In this document: one piece after another, positions 37,903-47,810 of the stretch
Layout of the letters: each line of letters starts with the position of its first letter
Numbering within the stretch: position 1 is the stretch's first letter
Source of the DNA: Patescibacteria group bacterium
GTDB lineage: Bacteria > Patescibacteriota > Patescibacteriia > XYB2-FULL-38-15
Assembly: GCA_041737355.1 (NCBI GenBank)
Contig: JBGSRW010000009.1
Coordinates: 5,323 to 69,322 of the forward strand
DNA: 64,000 bases
Direction of reading: 5' to 3'
Notes under the pieces: generated by a model
What the model was told of the DNA's origin: nothing
The model's database searches: none
What the model saw: the letters and a program-made list of their open reading frames with translations, nothing else
Program-made: the position numbers and the translations under genes

Positions 37903-37947
37903 ACCCTTGAATTTTGTGCTTCGGCACGAGATTCGGGGTCTTTTTTT
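37903..37947 (+). terminator. Intrinsic terminator of cassette 2
   Basis: gaccc ttgaattttgtgcttcggcacgagattc ggggtc followed by ttttttta. Confidence 0.65.
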
Positions 37948-38026
37948 ATTTCAAACAAATGCCGAAAATTATTTTTTGTGATACAATATATTAGAAATTA
38001 GGATTTATAAATTAGAAATTTTACCC

Positions 38027-39517
38027 ATGCCTTTCTTTAAAGTAAAAAAATTGGATTTTGAAACCGGTGGACGGTGGATTATTGTTTTAAAAGAAAAAGA
38101 AGCCCGGGCCTACGGCATCAGGATGGGCGACAAATTGAAATTGAAATGGGACGGCCGGGAAACGGTTGTCACCGCCAATTTTACCCATACCAAAGTCGCG
38201 GACGGCGAGGTCGGGCTTTTCAAGGAAATCTGGCAGCATTATAAATTTAAACCCGGCGAGATGATTGATATTACGCTCTCGGAACGGCCGGCCTCCATTG
38301 AATCCATTAAGAAAAAACTTCTTGGCGGCGAACTGAATTACCGGGAAATGCACGCGGTCGTTCGCGATATTGCCGATTATGTCCTAGGCGATCTTGAAAT
38401 AACTTATTTTGTCGCCTCGGGCTTTGCCAGAAAATTTTCAAACAGTGAGCTTTATTATCTTACGAAATCAATCGCCGAAACCGGCGATATGCTGCGGCTT
38501 CCCGGCCCGGTTCTTGATAAGCATTCGGTCGGCGGCCTACCGGGTAATCGAACAACCATGCTTGTTGTTCCGATTATTGCGAGTTTAGGTTTCAAGATTC
38601 CCAAAACTTCTTCGCGGGCCATTACTTCGGCGGCCGGCACGGCCGATACAATGGAGGTCTTGGCGCCGGTAACCTTTCCCATGGCAAAAATAAAAGAGAT
38701 AGTTAAAAAAACCGGAGCCTGTCTTGCTTGGGGCGGAGGAACGCGCATCGCTCCGGCCGATGACCGAATAATTAAAGTTTCCTATCCTTTGTCGCTCGAG
38801 CCGTACACAAAAATGATAGTTTCGGTTATGGCGAAAAAAGTCGCCATGGGGGTGAAATATCTTGTCATCGATTTGCCGGTCGGACCGACCGGTAAAATTC
38901 ACCGGGTTGCCGACGCAAAAAAAATAGAAAAGATAATGAAATACCTGGCAAAGCGTTTCGGAATAAAAATAAAAGTGGATATCAATGAAGCGCTAAAACC
39001 AATCGGCCGGGGAATCGGTCCGGCGCTTGAGGCGCGCGATGTTTTGCGCGTCTTGGAACGCAAGGAGCACAGGCCGCTTGATTTGGAAGAAAAATCTTTG
39101 GAGCTGGCCGGCCAACTTTTGGACTTGGCCGGAATTTCCAAGAAGGGCGATGGCTATGATTTAGCTATGGAAGCTCTCCGGAGCGGCAAGGCTTGGAAGA
39201 AAATGCAGGAGATTATCCGGGCCCAGGGAGGAAAGGCCAATCTTGATTCCGAAGAGATCGTTTTGAGCGATAAAATTTTAAAAATCAAAGCGGAAAAAGC
39301 CGGCCAAATCGTAAGTTTCGACAATCTGGCGATCGTGGCAATCTGCCGGATTCTGGGGGCCCCCTCTTGCAAAATCGCGGGAATCTACTTAAATAAGGTG
39401 ATGGGCGACCGGGTGAGGCGCGGCGATACGGTCTTTACGATGTACGGAGAAAGCGCCGACAGGCTCAAATTAGCGGAAAAAGCTTTGGAAAAAAATAAGA
39501 TTTTAACCATAAAATAA
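38027..39517 (+). CDS. Thymidine-phosphorylase-family enzyme, archaeal-type AMP phosphorylase-like
   Basis: About 500 aa with an N-terminal extension (MPFFKVKKLDFETGGRWIIVLKEKEARAYGIRMGDKLKLKW) characteristic of AMP phosphorylase rather than the roughly 440-aa DeoA; glycosyltransferase family 3 core. Confidence 0.7.
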   Translation: MPFFKVKKLDFETGGRWIIVLKEKEARAYGIRMGDKLKLKWDGRETVVTANFTHTKVADGEVGLFKEIWQHYKFKPGEMIDITLSERPASIESIKKKLLGGELNYREMHAVVRDIADYVLGDLEITYFVASGFARKFSNSELYYLTKSIAETGDMLRLPGPVLDKHSVGGLPGNRTTMLVVPIIASLGFKIPKTSSRAITSAAGTADTMEVLAPVTFPMAKIKEIVKKTGACLAWGGGTRIAPADDRIIKVSYPLSLEPYTKMIVSVMAKKVAMGVKYLVIDLPVGPTGKIHRVADAKKIEKIMKYLAKRFGIKIKVDINEALKPIGRGIGPALEARDVLRVLERKEHRPLDLEEKSLELAGQLLDLAGISKKGDGYDLAMEALRSGKAWKKMQEIIRAQGGKANLDSEEIVLSDKILKIKAEKAGQIVSFDNLAIVAICRILGAPSCKIAGIYLNKVMGDRVRRGDTVFTMYGESADRLKLAEKALEKNKILTIK

Positions 39518-39520
39518 AAA

Positions 39521-40231
39521 ATGAGCATATTTAAAAAAATCTTCAAAGGCAACACACTGTATTATCCGGGCTGTCTTTCTAAATTCGCCGCCAAGGAACT
39601 CATGGAAAATTACCGGCGGATTTTGCGCGAAGCCGGTTTTGATTTTATAGAACTCTCCGATCTCGAAGTTTGCTGCGGCTCGCCGGCATTGAAAGCCGGA
39701 TACAACGAAGATTTTAAAAATTTGGCGGAAAAAAATCTGCAGGCTTTCAAGGATCACTCGGTCGGAAAAATCATTACCCATTGCCCGACCTGCAGCATGA
39801 TTTTTAAGAAACATTACCCGGAAGTGCTGGGCGAGAAGTGGGATATTGAAGTTCAGCATATTACCGAGGCGTTGGCCGAGAAAGCTGGCAAACCGGTGAG
39901 CAAAAAAGGCGCGGTTACCTACCATGATCCCTGCCACCTGGGCCGGCATATGGGAGTATACGAGGCGCCGCGGAAAGTTATTGAATCTTTGGGTTACGAA
40001 ATAAAAGAAATGGAGCTTTGCCGGAACCAGAGTTTCTGCTGCGGCGGAGGCGGGGGAGTCCACGCCAACGAATTCGAGCTGGCCGGGAAAATCGCCAAAG
40101 ACCGGATCGCCATGGCGAAAAAAACCGGAGCAAAAGTTTTAGTGACGCCGTGTCCGTTATGTTATTTAAATTTGAAACACAATTCCGAAGGCGAAGATAT
40201 CGAGGTTAAAGAACTGTCTCAACTAATGTAG
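39521..40231 (+). CDS. Cysteine-rich (CCG domain) Fe-S oxidoreductase subunit, LutA/GlcF-like
   Basis: Two CCG-type cysteine clusters (CCGSPAL ... CCGGGGG). Confidence 0.7.
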   Translation: MSIFKKIFKGNTLYYPGCLSKFAAKELMENYRRILREAGFDFIELSDLEVCCGSPALKAGYNEDFKNLAEKNLQAFKDHSVGKIITHCPTCSMIFKKHYPEVLGEKWDIEVQHITEALAEKAGKPVSKKGAVTYHDPCHLGRHMGVYEAPRKVIESLGYEIKEMELCRNQSFCCGGGGGVHANEFELAGKIAKDRIAMAKKTGAKVLVTPCPLCYLNLKHNSEGEDIEVKELSQLM

Positions 40232-40232
40232 T

Positions 40233-41489
40233 ATGCAAAAAGAATTTTTATCTCCGGAAATCAAGAAAAATATTTGGAAAGTGGTTTTTGAATATAAAAT
40301 CAGGCGGAAAAAAACTTTGGCCGATTTGGGTTTGGATTGGGATAAATTCAGAGATGAATTCAGGAAGATGAAAGAGGCGGCTTTCCGAGACATGAAAAGT
40401 TTAAAGAAGCGGGCAATAGAAAATTTAACAAAAAACGGAATCAAGGTTATTGAGGCGCGCGATGGGGCCGAAGCAAGAAAAATAATCGGCGAGCTGGTCG
40501 CGGCCGACAAGACAATCGTCAAATCAAAGACCACGGCGGCCGACGAAATCGGGATTGACGAAATTTTGGGAGAAAGATCGGTGAGCACCGATTTGGGAGA
40601 TTTTATTATGAGTATTTCCGGCGGGCGCGACATGCATCCGGTTTTTCCGTCGTATCATTTATCGCCGGAAGAAATTTCAAAAATTATAAAAAATAAATTC
40701 GGAGCCGACGTAGCCCCCGACGCCAAAAGCATTGCCGCTTTCGCGAGGAAATATCTGCGGAGCAAAATGATCGAAGCTACGGCCGGGATTACCGGGGCGA
40801 ACGTTATTACCGCTGACGGCCGGATTGTTGTTTTGGAAAATGAGGGGAATATTTCTTTGGTTTCAAGATTGCCTGATAAACATATTGTTATTTCCGGCTG
40901 GGAAAAGATAGTTCCAACAGTGGAAGACGCCATGCAGGTCGTGCGGGCCGCCTCCGTTTGGGGAACCGGGCAGGATTGGCCGGTTTATGTTTCAATTATT
41001 TCCGGACCGTCAAAGACCGCCGATATTCAGAATGAACTCGTGATCGGCGCCCAGGGAGCCAAAGAAGTTTATCTGGTAATACTTGACAATGGCCGCGAAA
41101 AAATATTGGAAGACGGTTTTGAGGAATTACTCTACTGCATAAATTGCGGCGCCTGTTTGGATTTTTGTCCGGCTTATCATCAATTGGGCACAAAATACGG
41201 AGACAAATATCTCGGAAGCAAGGGAATAATTTTGTCGGCCTTTATGGTTAACTTGCTCCGCGCCAAAGAGTCTGGTTGCTATTCCTGCACTCTTTGTTCC
41301 GCCTGTTTTGAGAATTGTCCGGCGAAAATCGATCTGCCCGGCATGATGAGAAAAATCAGGAACAAGCTTGATCTCGCCGGCCAGGAAACCGAAGAAAATA
41401 AAAAAATGATTGAAAACATAAGAAAGTTCGGCAATCCTTTCGGCGAAAAAGACAAAGAACGTGCCCCCAACGAACTTTACTGTTGCTAA
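40233..41489 (+). CDS. LUD-domain iron-sulfur protein, LutB-like
   Basis: LUD/DUF162 region plus two 4Fe-4S ferredoxin motifs (CINCGACLDFCP, CTLCSACFENCP). Confidence 0.7.
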   Translation: MQKEFLSPEIKKNIWKVVFEYKIRRKKTLADLGLDWDKFRDEFRKMKEAAFRDMKSLKKRAIENLTKNGIKVIEARDGAEARKIIGELVAADKTIVKSKTTAADEIGIDEILGERSVSTDLGDFIMSISGGRDMHPVFPSYHLSPEEISKIIKNKFGADVAPDAKSIAAFARKYLRSKMIEATAGITGANVITADGRIVVLENEGNISLVSRLPDKHIVISGWEKIVPTVEDAMQVVRAASVWGTGQDWPVYVSIISGPSKTADIQNELVIGAQGAKEVYLVILDNGREKILEDGFEELLYCINCGACLDFCPAYHQLGTKYGDKYLGSKGIILSAFMVNLLRAKESGCYSCTLCSACFENCPAKIDLPGMMRKIRNKLDLAGQETEENKKMIENIRKFGNPFGEKDKERAPNELYCC

Positions 41490-41597
41490 TTTGTATGGGC
41501 AGAAAGACGGCCGTCGGCCGTCTTTTTTAGTTTTATAACAAAGACATAGAGAGAAAAATTTGGTATAATTGAGGAAGCTGGTTTTACTAGGAAAAAT

Positions 41598-44099
41598 ATG
41601 TCTAAAGAAATTGAAAAAGAAAAAGGGTTAGCCGGGCTTTCTTCCGGGGAAGCCGCGGAACGTCTTAAAAAATTCGGGGAGAATGTTGCCGTCAAAAAGA
41701 AAAGAATCAGGCCGATCTTAGCTTTCTTGAGAAAGCTAAACAGCCCGTTGCTTTTGATTTTAATCGCCGCTTCGCTGATTTCTTTTTTGGTCGGCGAACG
41801 CATAAACGCCGCGATTTTGTTTTTGATGATATGTACTTCGGCGATTTTGGAGTTTGTCAATTCCTACAAATCGGAAAAGGCGGTCCAGAAATTGGTATCC
41901 CGCGTTGTCACTACCGCGACGGTTTTTCGCGACGGGAGAAAGAGGGAAATAGCGCTGAAGGAAATTGTTCCCGGAGATCTGATTTTTCTTTCCGCCGGAG
42001 ACGTCGTTCCGGCTGATTGCCGGGTAGAGGAGAGTGACGATTTTTTTGTTAACCAGTCGGCCCTGACCGGCGAAGCCTTTCCGGTTGAAAAAGTTGCCAA
42101 GAGCGATGAGGTGGAGGCGGAAGATTTTTCTCTCCAAAACAGAAATTTGGTTTTCACCGGAACAAGCGTCGTGACCGGTTTTGCCACGGTTTTATCCTTG
42201 AAAACCGGCGCCTCGACGGAATTCGGGAAAATAGCCGGCGACCTTGTGCGGGCCGAACCGGAAACTGATTTTGAAAAAAATATCAAGAAGTTCAGTTTCT
42301 TCATAATGCGGGTCAACATTTTTTTGGTTGGCTTTGTTTTTTTAATAAACGCCATGCTCGGGCGCGGTTGGCTCACTTCTTTTATTTTTGCTATCGCCAT
42401 CGCGATCGGTCTGACTCCGGAACTTCTTCCGGTGATAATCTCCGTTTCTTTGAGCCGCGGTTCGGTGCGGATGGCTAAAAAGGGAGTAATTGTAAAAAAT
42501 CTTTCTTCAATCCAGAATTTCGGGAGCATGAATGTTTTATGCACCGATAAAACCGGGACGCTGACTCAGAATAAAATAATTCTGGTCAAGTATATGGACG
42601 GCCTCGGCAATGTTTCGGAAGATGTTTTGCTCTATGCCTACCTTAACAGTTTTTTCCACACAGGCGTGCAAAATCCTTTGGATAGCGCCGTTTTGGAATA
42701 TAAAAAATTGCATATTGCCCGCTATAAAAAAATAGACGAGATACCTTTCGATTTTGAAAGAAAGAGACAGTCTATGGTTGTCGAGGATGAGGGAAAAAGA
42801 TTTTTGATTACCAAGGGAGCGCCGGAAGAAGTTTTTAAAATTTGCGGTCATTATCAAAAAGAAGGAAAAAATTATATTTTGGACGCGGAATCAAAGAAAG
42901 AAATTAACGAGCAATTTAAAAAATTAAGCCAGGACGGTTTCCGCGTTCTTGCCATGGCCAGAAAAGAAATAAAAAGTACGGCCAAAGTTTATGAGCGGCG
43001 AGAAGAAAAGGAAATGATTTTTTTGGGCTTTGTCGCTTTCCTGGATCCGCCCAAAGATACGGTTACGGAAACGATTAGGGAACTTTTTGATCTCGGTATT
43101 GAGGTAAAAATTCTGACAGGGGACAACGAATTGCTGACGGAGAAAATCTGCCGGGAAATAAAGCTCAAAACTAAAGGGACGATCACCGGCATTGAAATAG
43201 AAAAAATGTCTGATCACGAGTTGCAGAAGGCGGTTCTCGGGACGACGATTTTCGCGAGGATTACTCCGGAACAAAAAGAAAGAATTATTATTAATTTGAA
43301 AAAAGCCGGCAAGGTTGTTGGTTATTTGGGCGACGGGATTAACGACGCGCCGGCCCTAAAAGCTGGCGATATCGGTATTTCCGTCAATAACGCGGTTGAT
43401 GTTGCCAAGGAAACGGCGGATCTTATTTTATTGCGGAAAAGTTTAAGAGTTTTGAAAGACGGCATTATTGAGGGAAGAAAAACTTTTCACAACACGATGA
43501 AATATATCATGATGGGATTGAGTTCCAATTTCGGAAATATGTTTTCCATGATGGGCGCTTCGGCTATTTTGCCGTTTTTGCCGATGCTTCCGACGCAAGT
43601 GCTTTTGAATAATTTTTTATACGACATTTCCCAGCTGTCGCTTACGACCGATGCGGTTGACGATGACGCCATCAAGAAACCGACTGCCTGGAGTCTTCCA
43701 TTCATCAGAAAATATATGCTGACTTTTGGTCTGATCAGTTCGATTTTTGATTTCCTGACTTTTGGTGCGCTCTTTTTTGTATTTCGCTTATCGGAAAGCC
43801 AATTCCAGACCGGGTGGTTTATCGAATCAATCGCCACCCAGGTTTTTGTTATTTACGTTATCCGCACGAAAAAAATACCGTTTATACAAAGCAGCCCGAG
43901 CCGGATGCTTTTCTGGAACACTTTTCTCCTTGTGGCTTTCGCCTGGGCTATTCCGTTTTTATCGATAGGAATATTTTTCCATTTCGCGCCGCTGCCGCTT
44001 ATGGTGCTCGGGGTGATTTTCGGCCTGGTGGTAATTTATCTGATCTTGGTGGAAATAGCCAAAAGAATTTTTTATAAAAAATACGGTTATAATCTGTAA
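41598..44099 (+). CDS. P-type cation-transporting ATPase (Mg2+/Ca2+ type, P2/P3)
   Basis: DKTGTLT phosphorylation motif, TGDN, GDGINDAPAL, 10 TM helices. Confidence 0.85.
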   Translation: MSKEIEKEKGLAGLSSGEAAERLKKFGENVAVKKKRIRPILAFLRKLNSPLLLILIAASLISFLVGERINAAILFLMICTSAILEFVNSYKSEKAVQKLVSRVVTTATVFRDGRKREIALKEIVPGDLIFLSAGDVVPADCRVEESDDFFVNQSALTGEAFPVEKVAKSDEVEAEDFSLQNRNLVFTGTSVVTGFATVLSLKTGASTEFGKIAGDLVRAEPETDFEKNIKKFSFFIMRVNIFLVGFVFLINAMLGRGWLTSFIFAIAIAIGLTPELLPVIISVSLSRGSVRMAKKGVIVKNLSSIQNFGSMNVLCTDKTGTLTQNKIILVKYMDGLGNVSEDVLLYAYLNSFFHTGVQNPLDSAVLEYKKLHIARYKKIDEIPFDFERKRQSMVVEDEGKRFLITKGAPEEVFKICGHYQKEGKNYILDAESKKEINEQFKKLSQDGFRVLAMARKEIKSTAKVYERREEKEMIFLGFVAFLDPPKDTVTETIRELFDLGIEVKILTGDNELLTEKICREIKLKTKGTITGIEIEKMSDHELQKAVLGTTIFARITPEQKERIIINLKKAGKVVGYLGDGINDAPALKAGDIGISVNNAVDVAKETADLILLRKSLRVLKDGIIEGRKTFHNTMKYIMMGLSSNFGNMFSMMGASAILPFLPMLPTQVLLNNFLYDISQLSLTTDAVDDDAIKKPTAWSLPFIRKYMLTFGLISSIFDFLTFGALFFVFRLSESQFQTGWFIESIATQVFVIYVIRTKKIPFIQSSPSRMLFWNTFLLVAFAWAIPFLSIGIFFHFAPLPLMVLGVIFGLVVIYLILVEIAKRIFYKKYGYNL

Positions 44100-44119
44100 T
44101 GAATTTTTCGGAGGAAACA

Positions 44120-44150
44120 AAAAACGAGGCGCTTGCCTCGTTTTTATAAT
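44120..44150. terminator. Bidirectional intrinsic terminator
   Basis: aaaaacgaggcgcttgcctcgttttt. Confidence 0.8.
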
Positions 44151-44166
44151 CTGTTAATTGTCCAAG

Positions 44167-44240
44167 TCGGGGTAGAGGGATTCGCACCCTCGATCTCACG
44201 GTCCCGAACCGTGCGCCTTAGACTACTGGGCCATACCCCG
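44167..44240 (-). tRNA. tRNA-Pro (anticodon CGG)
   Basis: Minus strand: CGGGGTA acceptor stem, anticodon stem CACGG/CCGTG with loop tTCGGGa, T-arm GAGGGTGCGAATCCCTC; D-arm atypical. Confidence 0.7.
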
Positions 44241-44330
44241 TTAATTTAATCATTATTTATTATAAAGCAGATTCTTCTTTACGTAAAGGTTAATTTAGGA
44301 TAAATTAAAGGTACAGTTAATACAGATTTT

Positions 44331-45590
44331 ATGCAAGACCTATTTGACGGAAAATTGAATAAAGACTTGGCAAAAAACGCGCCGCTGGCCGACAGATTAA
44401 GGCCGGAAACACTTGATGAGTTTGAGGGACAGGAAGATTTGATCGGCGCCGGGAAAATGCTCCGCAATCTGATTCAGAATGATGAAATCCCGTCTATGAT
44501 TTTTTGGGGTCCGCCCGGAAGCGGGAAAACTACGCTCGCGCGGATTATTGCCAAGATGACCAAGTCGGAATTTATCCAAATGTCGGCGACCGCTTCGGGT
44601 TTGGCCGATCTGCGGAAAATTGTTTCCGCGGCGCAAAGCGGAAGAAAGTTTAATAGCCGCCGGACAATTTTGTTTATTGACGAAATCCACCGCTGGAACA
44701 AATCCCAACAGGATTCTCTTTTGCCCTACGTGGAAAACGGAACCATTACTTTAATCGGAGCGACCACGGAAAATCCGTCGTTTGAAGTTAATTCCGCCCT
44801 TCTTTCCCGCTCGCGAGTTTTTGTCCTAAAATCTTTGGGCCAGGAAAATATTAAAAATATTTTGAAGCGGGCGATTTCCGATAAAGTCCGCGGTTATGGC
44901 GCCCTTGACGTTCAGGTTGTTGAAAAGACTCTTGACTATCTGGCCGGAGTGGCCAATGGCGATGCCCGAATTGCCTTGAATGCTTTGGAATTCGCGATCA
45001 AGGCCAGTCGTAAGGGCAGCGAAAAAATGGTACAATTAAATCAGGAAACGATCCGCGAAGCCCTGCAGAAAACCCATCTGCTTTACGACAGGGCCGGAGA
45101 AGAACATTTCAATATAATTTCCGCGCTTCATAAATCAATGCGAGGTTCGGATGCTGACGCGGCGCTTTACTGGCTTGGCCGGATGGTTGAGGCGGGGGAG
45201 GATCCGCTCTATGTTGCCCGGCGCTTGGTCCGTTTCGCTTCGGAAGATATTGGCTTGGCCGATCCGCAGGCGCTAGTGCAGGCGACGACGGCTTACACCG
45301 CTTGCCATTATTTAGGAATGCCTGAGTGCAATGTGATTTTAGCACAGGCGGTTGTTTATCTTGCCCGCGCGCCGAAATCAAACGCGCTTTACACGGCTTA
45401 CGGAGAAGTTCAGCACGATCTCCGTGAAACAGAAAATGAACCGGTGCCGTTTCATTTACGCAACGCCCCGACAGATTTGATGAAAGATTTGGGTTATGGA
45501 AAAGGATATAAATATAATCCAAATTACAAGGAGCCGGTTCATCAGGATTATTTTCCGGAAAAATTAAAAGGCAGAAAGTATTTAAAATAA
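44331..45590 (+). CDS. rarA: Replication-associated recombination protein A (AAA+ ATPase)
   Basis: Walker A GPPGSGKTT, full-length MgsA/RarA similarity. Confidence 0.85.
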   Translation: MQDLFDGKLNKDLAKNAPLADRLRPETLDEFEGQEDLIGAGKMLRNLIQNDEIPSMIFWGPPGSGKTTLARIIAKMTKSEFIQMSATASGLADLRKIVSAAQSGRKFNSRRTILFIDEIHRWNKSQQDSLLPYVENGTITLIGATTENPSFEVNSALLSRSRVFVLKSLGQENIKNILKRAISDKVRGYGALDVQVVEKTLDYLAGVANGDARIALNALEFAIKASRKGSEKMVQLNQETIREALQKTHLLYDRAGEEHFNIISALHKSMRGSDADAALYWLGRMVEAGEDPLYVARRLVRFASEDIGLADPQALVQATTAYTACHYLGMPECNVILAQAVVYLARAPKSNALYTAYGEVQHDLRETENEPVPFHLRNAPTDLMKDLGYGKGYKYNPNYKEPVHQDYFPEKLKGRKYLK

Positions 45591-45603
45591 TAAATTTTTC
45601 CAT

Positions 45604-45933
45604 ATGCATGACGAAAAATGGCTGGATACGGTTTCAATTCTGAAAGATAAGTTTCCGATTTTGGAAGAAGGAAAAGAGGATTTACAGGAGGAAGAGGGGA
45701 GAGGTTTCCGCGAATTTGTTGTTTTTAACGGCCCCTTGGGAAAAATGAAAATTGAGCGGACGACCAAAGCTGTGGTGCTTGATAAAAAAACCTTGGGTTC
45801 GAAAAGAATGGGCAGCCAGGCGGCGGTTGAATATGTCTATTCCGATACTGAAAAAAGCCATAAATTTAAAGCTTACAAATGGGGAGAGTCGCAAAATAGC
45901 TGGGTAGAAATAACTCTTGAAGGCGGTTTATGA
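45604..45933 (+). CDS. Hypothetical protein
   Basis: 109-aa ORF between rarA and PBP2, overlapping the PBP2 start by 4 nt. Confidence 0.35.
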   Translation: MHDEKWLDTVSILKDKFPILEEGKEDLQEEEGRGFREFVVFNGPLGKMKIERTTKAVVLDKKTLGSKRMGSQAAVEYVYSDTEKSHKFKAYKWGESQNSWVEITLEGGL

Positions 45934-47789
45934 GAAGATTCTCGCGCAAAAAAAATGTGCGCGCCCTGGAGATGAGAGGGGATGGACGTCTTAAATTTAT
46001 TTTAGGACTTATTTTTATATTTGCCGCTGTTCTTGTCTGGCGGCTTTTTACTTTACAAATTTTGGATAAAGATTTTTATTCGGCTCTGGCCGCCGGGCAG
46101 CACGAAATTTACCAGTCGCTTTTTCCCGAGCGGGGAAAAATTTGGATGAGCGAGATTTCCGGTGACGATAACAAAAAAGAACTTTATCCCTTGGCGACGA
46201 ACCAAGCCCTTTATCTTGTTTATGCCGATACGAGGAAGATAAAAAATCCTGAAGAGGTGGCCAAGCAGTTGTCGGAGATATTCAAAATAGCCGAAGATCA
46301 GGCCAGCGAAGAAAAAAAAGACGAAGCGGCCGATCCGGAAGTTCTGGCCGCGGCCAAAGAAGAGGCGGATAAAGCGGCCAAGGAGAAATTGAAGGGAGAG
46401 CTTTTGGAAAAATTGAAAAAAGAAAACGATCCCTATGAACCGCTCCGGAACAGGGTTACGGAAGAAGAAGTTAAAAAAATTGAAGAATTAAAAATTGAAG
46501 GGATAGGATTTGCGGACGAGGATATCCGTTTCTATCCGGAAAAAAATGTCGGCAGTCATCTTCTGGGATTTCTCGGTTTTAAGGACGATAAAAAAATTGG
46601 TCAGTACGGGCTTGAGGGTTATTTTGACAAGGAGCTCGCCGGAAAGCAGGGTTTTCTCGCTTCGGAAAAAGATGTGGCCGGGCGCTGGATTCCCGTTTCC
46701 GGAAGAAAATGGGACAAGGCGGAGGACGGATCGGATTTGGTTTTGACAATCGACCGCAATATAGAATTTTTTGCCTGCGACGCGTTGCGGAAAGCAGTGG
46801 AAAAACATGGAGCCGACGGAGGATCGGTAATCGTTATGGATCCGAAAACCGGGGCGGTCCTCGCAATGTGTTCTTACCCAGATTTTGATCCGAACGAATA
46901 CTCCAAAGTTAAAGATATCAATGTGTTCAATAATCCGGCTATTTTTTATCAGTACGAACCCGGTTCTATTTTTAAAGCCATTACGATCGCCGCCGCGTTA
47001 GATCTCGGAAAAGTTACGCCGACTACTACATACAACGACGAAGGATTCGTAAAGGTTGACGACCGGACAATCAAAAATTCCGATGAAAAAGCGCACGGCA
47101 TACAGACAATGACCGACGTACTTGACGAATCCCTGAATACCGGAGCCGTTTACGCCGTCCAAAAAATTGGCGCCGAGGCTTTCAAAAAATATGTCGAGGA
47201 TTTTGGGTTTGGCACGGCAACCGGAGTTGGTCTGGATTTTGAAAATAAAGGAAATATAAGTTCTTTAGGGAAAAGGGGCGATATCTGGAGCGCGACCGGT
47301 TCTTTTGGGCAGGGAATTTCCGTGACGCCGATCCAGGTCGTATCGGCTTTTTCCGCCATTGCCAACGGGGGAAAACTGGTTAAGCCTTATATCGTCGACG
47401 AAATAAGGAAAAGCGACGGTGAAGTTGTTAAGACCGGTCAGCAAGTTGTAAGGCAGGTTATTTCTTCCCGCACCGCGACTCTTTTGGGCGGGATGTTGGC
47501 TTCGGTCGTTGAGCACGGTCATGGAAAACGCGCCGGGGTTCCGGGATATTTTGTCGCCGGGAAAACCGGAACGGCTCAAGTCGCGAAAAAAGACGGAAGC
47601 GGCTACGAAAAAGACGTAACCGTCGGTTCTTTCGTCGGGTTCGCACCGGTTGAAGATCCGAAATTCGTGATGCTCGCCAAGATCGATCACCCGCGTGATA
47701 CGATTTGGGCCGAAGCGACCGCCGCGCCGCTCTTTGGCGAAATTGCCAAATTTATGCTAAACTATTTTAAAGTGCCTCCAAGCAGGTAA
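45930..47789 (+). CDS. mrdA: Penicillin-binding protein 2 (peptidoglycan D,D-transpeptidase)
   Basis: N-terminal TM, dimerisation domain, transpeptidase motifs SIFK (SxxK) and KTGT. Confidence 0.8.
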   Translation: MRRFSRKKNVRALEMRGDGRLKFILGLIFIFAAVLVWRLFTLQILDKDFYSALAAGQHEIYQSLFPERGKIWMSEISGDDNKKELYPLATNQALYLVYADTRKIKNPEEVAKQLSEIFKIAEDQASEEKKDEAADPEVLAAAKEEADKAAKEKLKGELLEKLKKENDPYEPLRNRVTEEEVKKIEELKIEGIGFADEDIRFYPEKNVGSHLLGFLGFKDDKKIGQYGLEGYFDKELAGKQGFLASEKDVAGRWIPVSGRKWDKAEDGSDLVLTIDRNIEFFACDALRKAVEKHGADGGSVIVMDPKTGAVLAMCSYPDFDPNEYSKVKDINVFNNPAIFYQYEPGSIFKAITIAAALDLGKVTPTTTYNDEGFVKVDDRTIKNSDEKAHGIQTMTDVLDESLNTGAVYAVQKIGAEAFKKYVEDFGFGTATGVGLDFENKGNISSLGKRGDIWSATGSFGQGISVTPIQVVSAFSAIANGGKLVKPYIVDEIRKSDGEVVKTGQQVVRQVISSRTATLLGGMLASVVEHGHGKRAGVPGYFVAGKTGTAQVAKKDGSGYEKDVTVGSFVGFAPVEDPKFVMLAKIDHPRDTIWAEATAAPLFGEIAKFMLNYFKVPPSR

Positions 47790-47810
47790 TTTGATTGTTA
47801 ATTTGTATTT

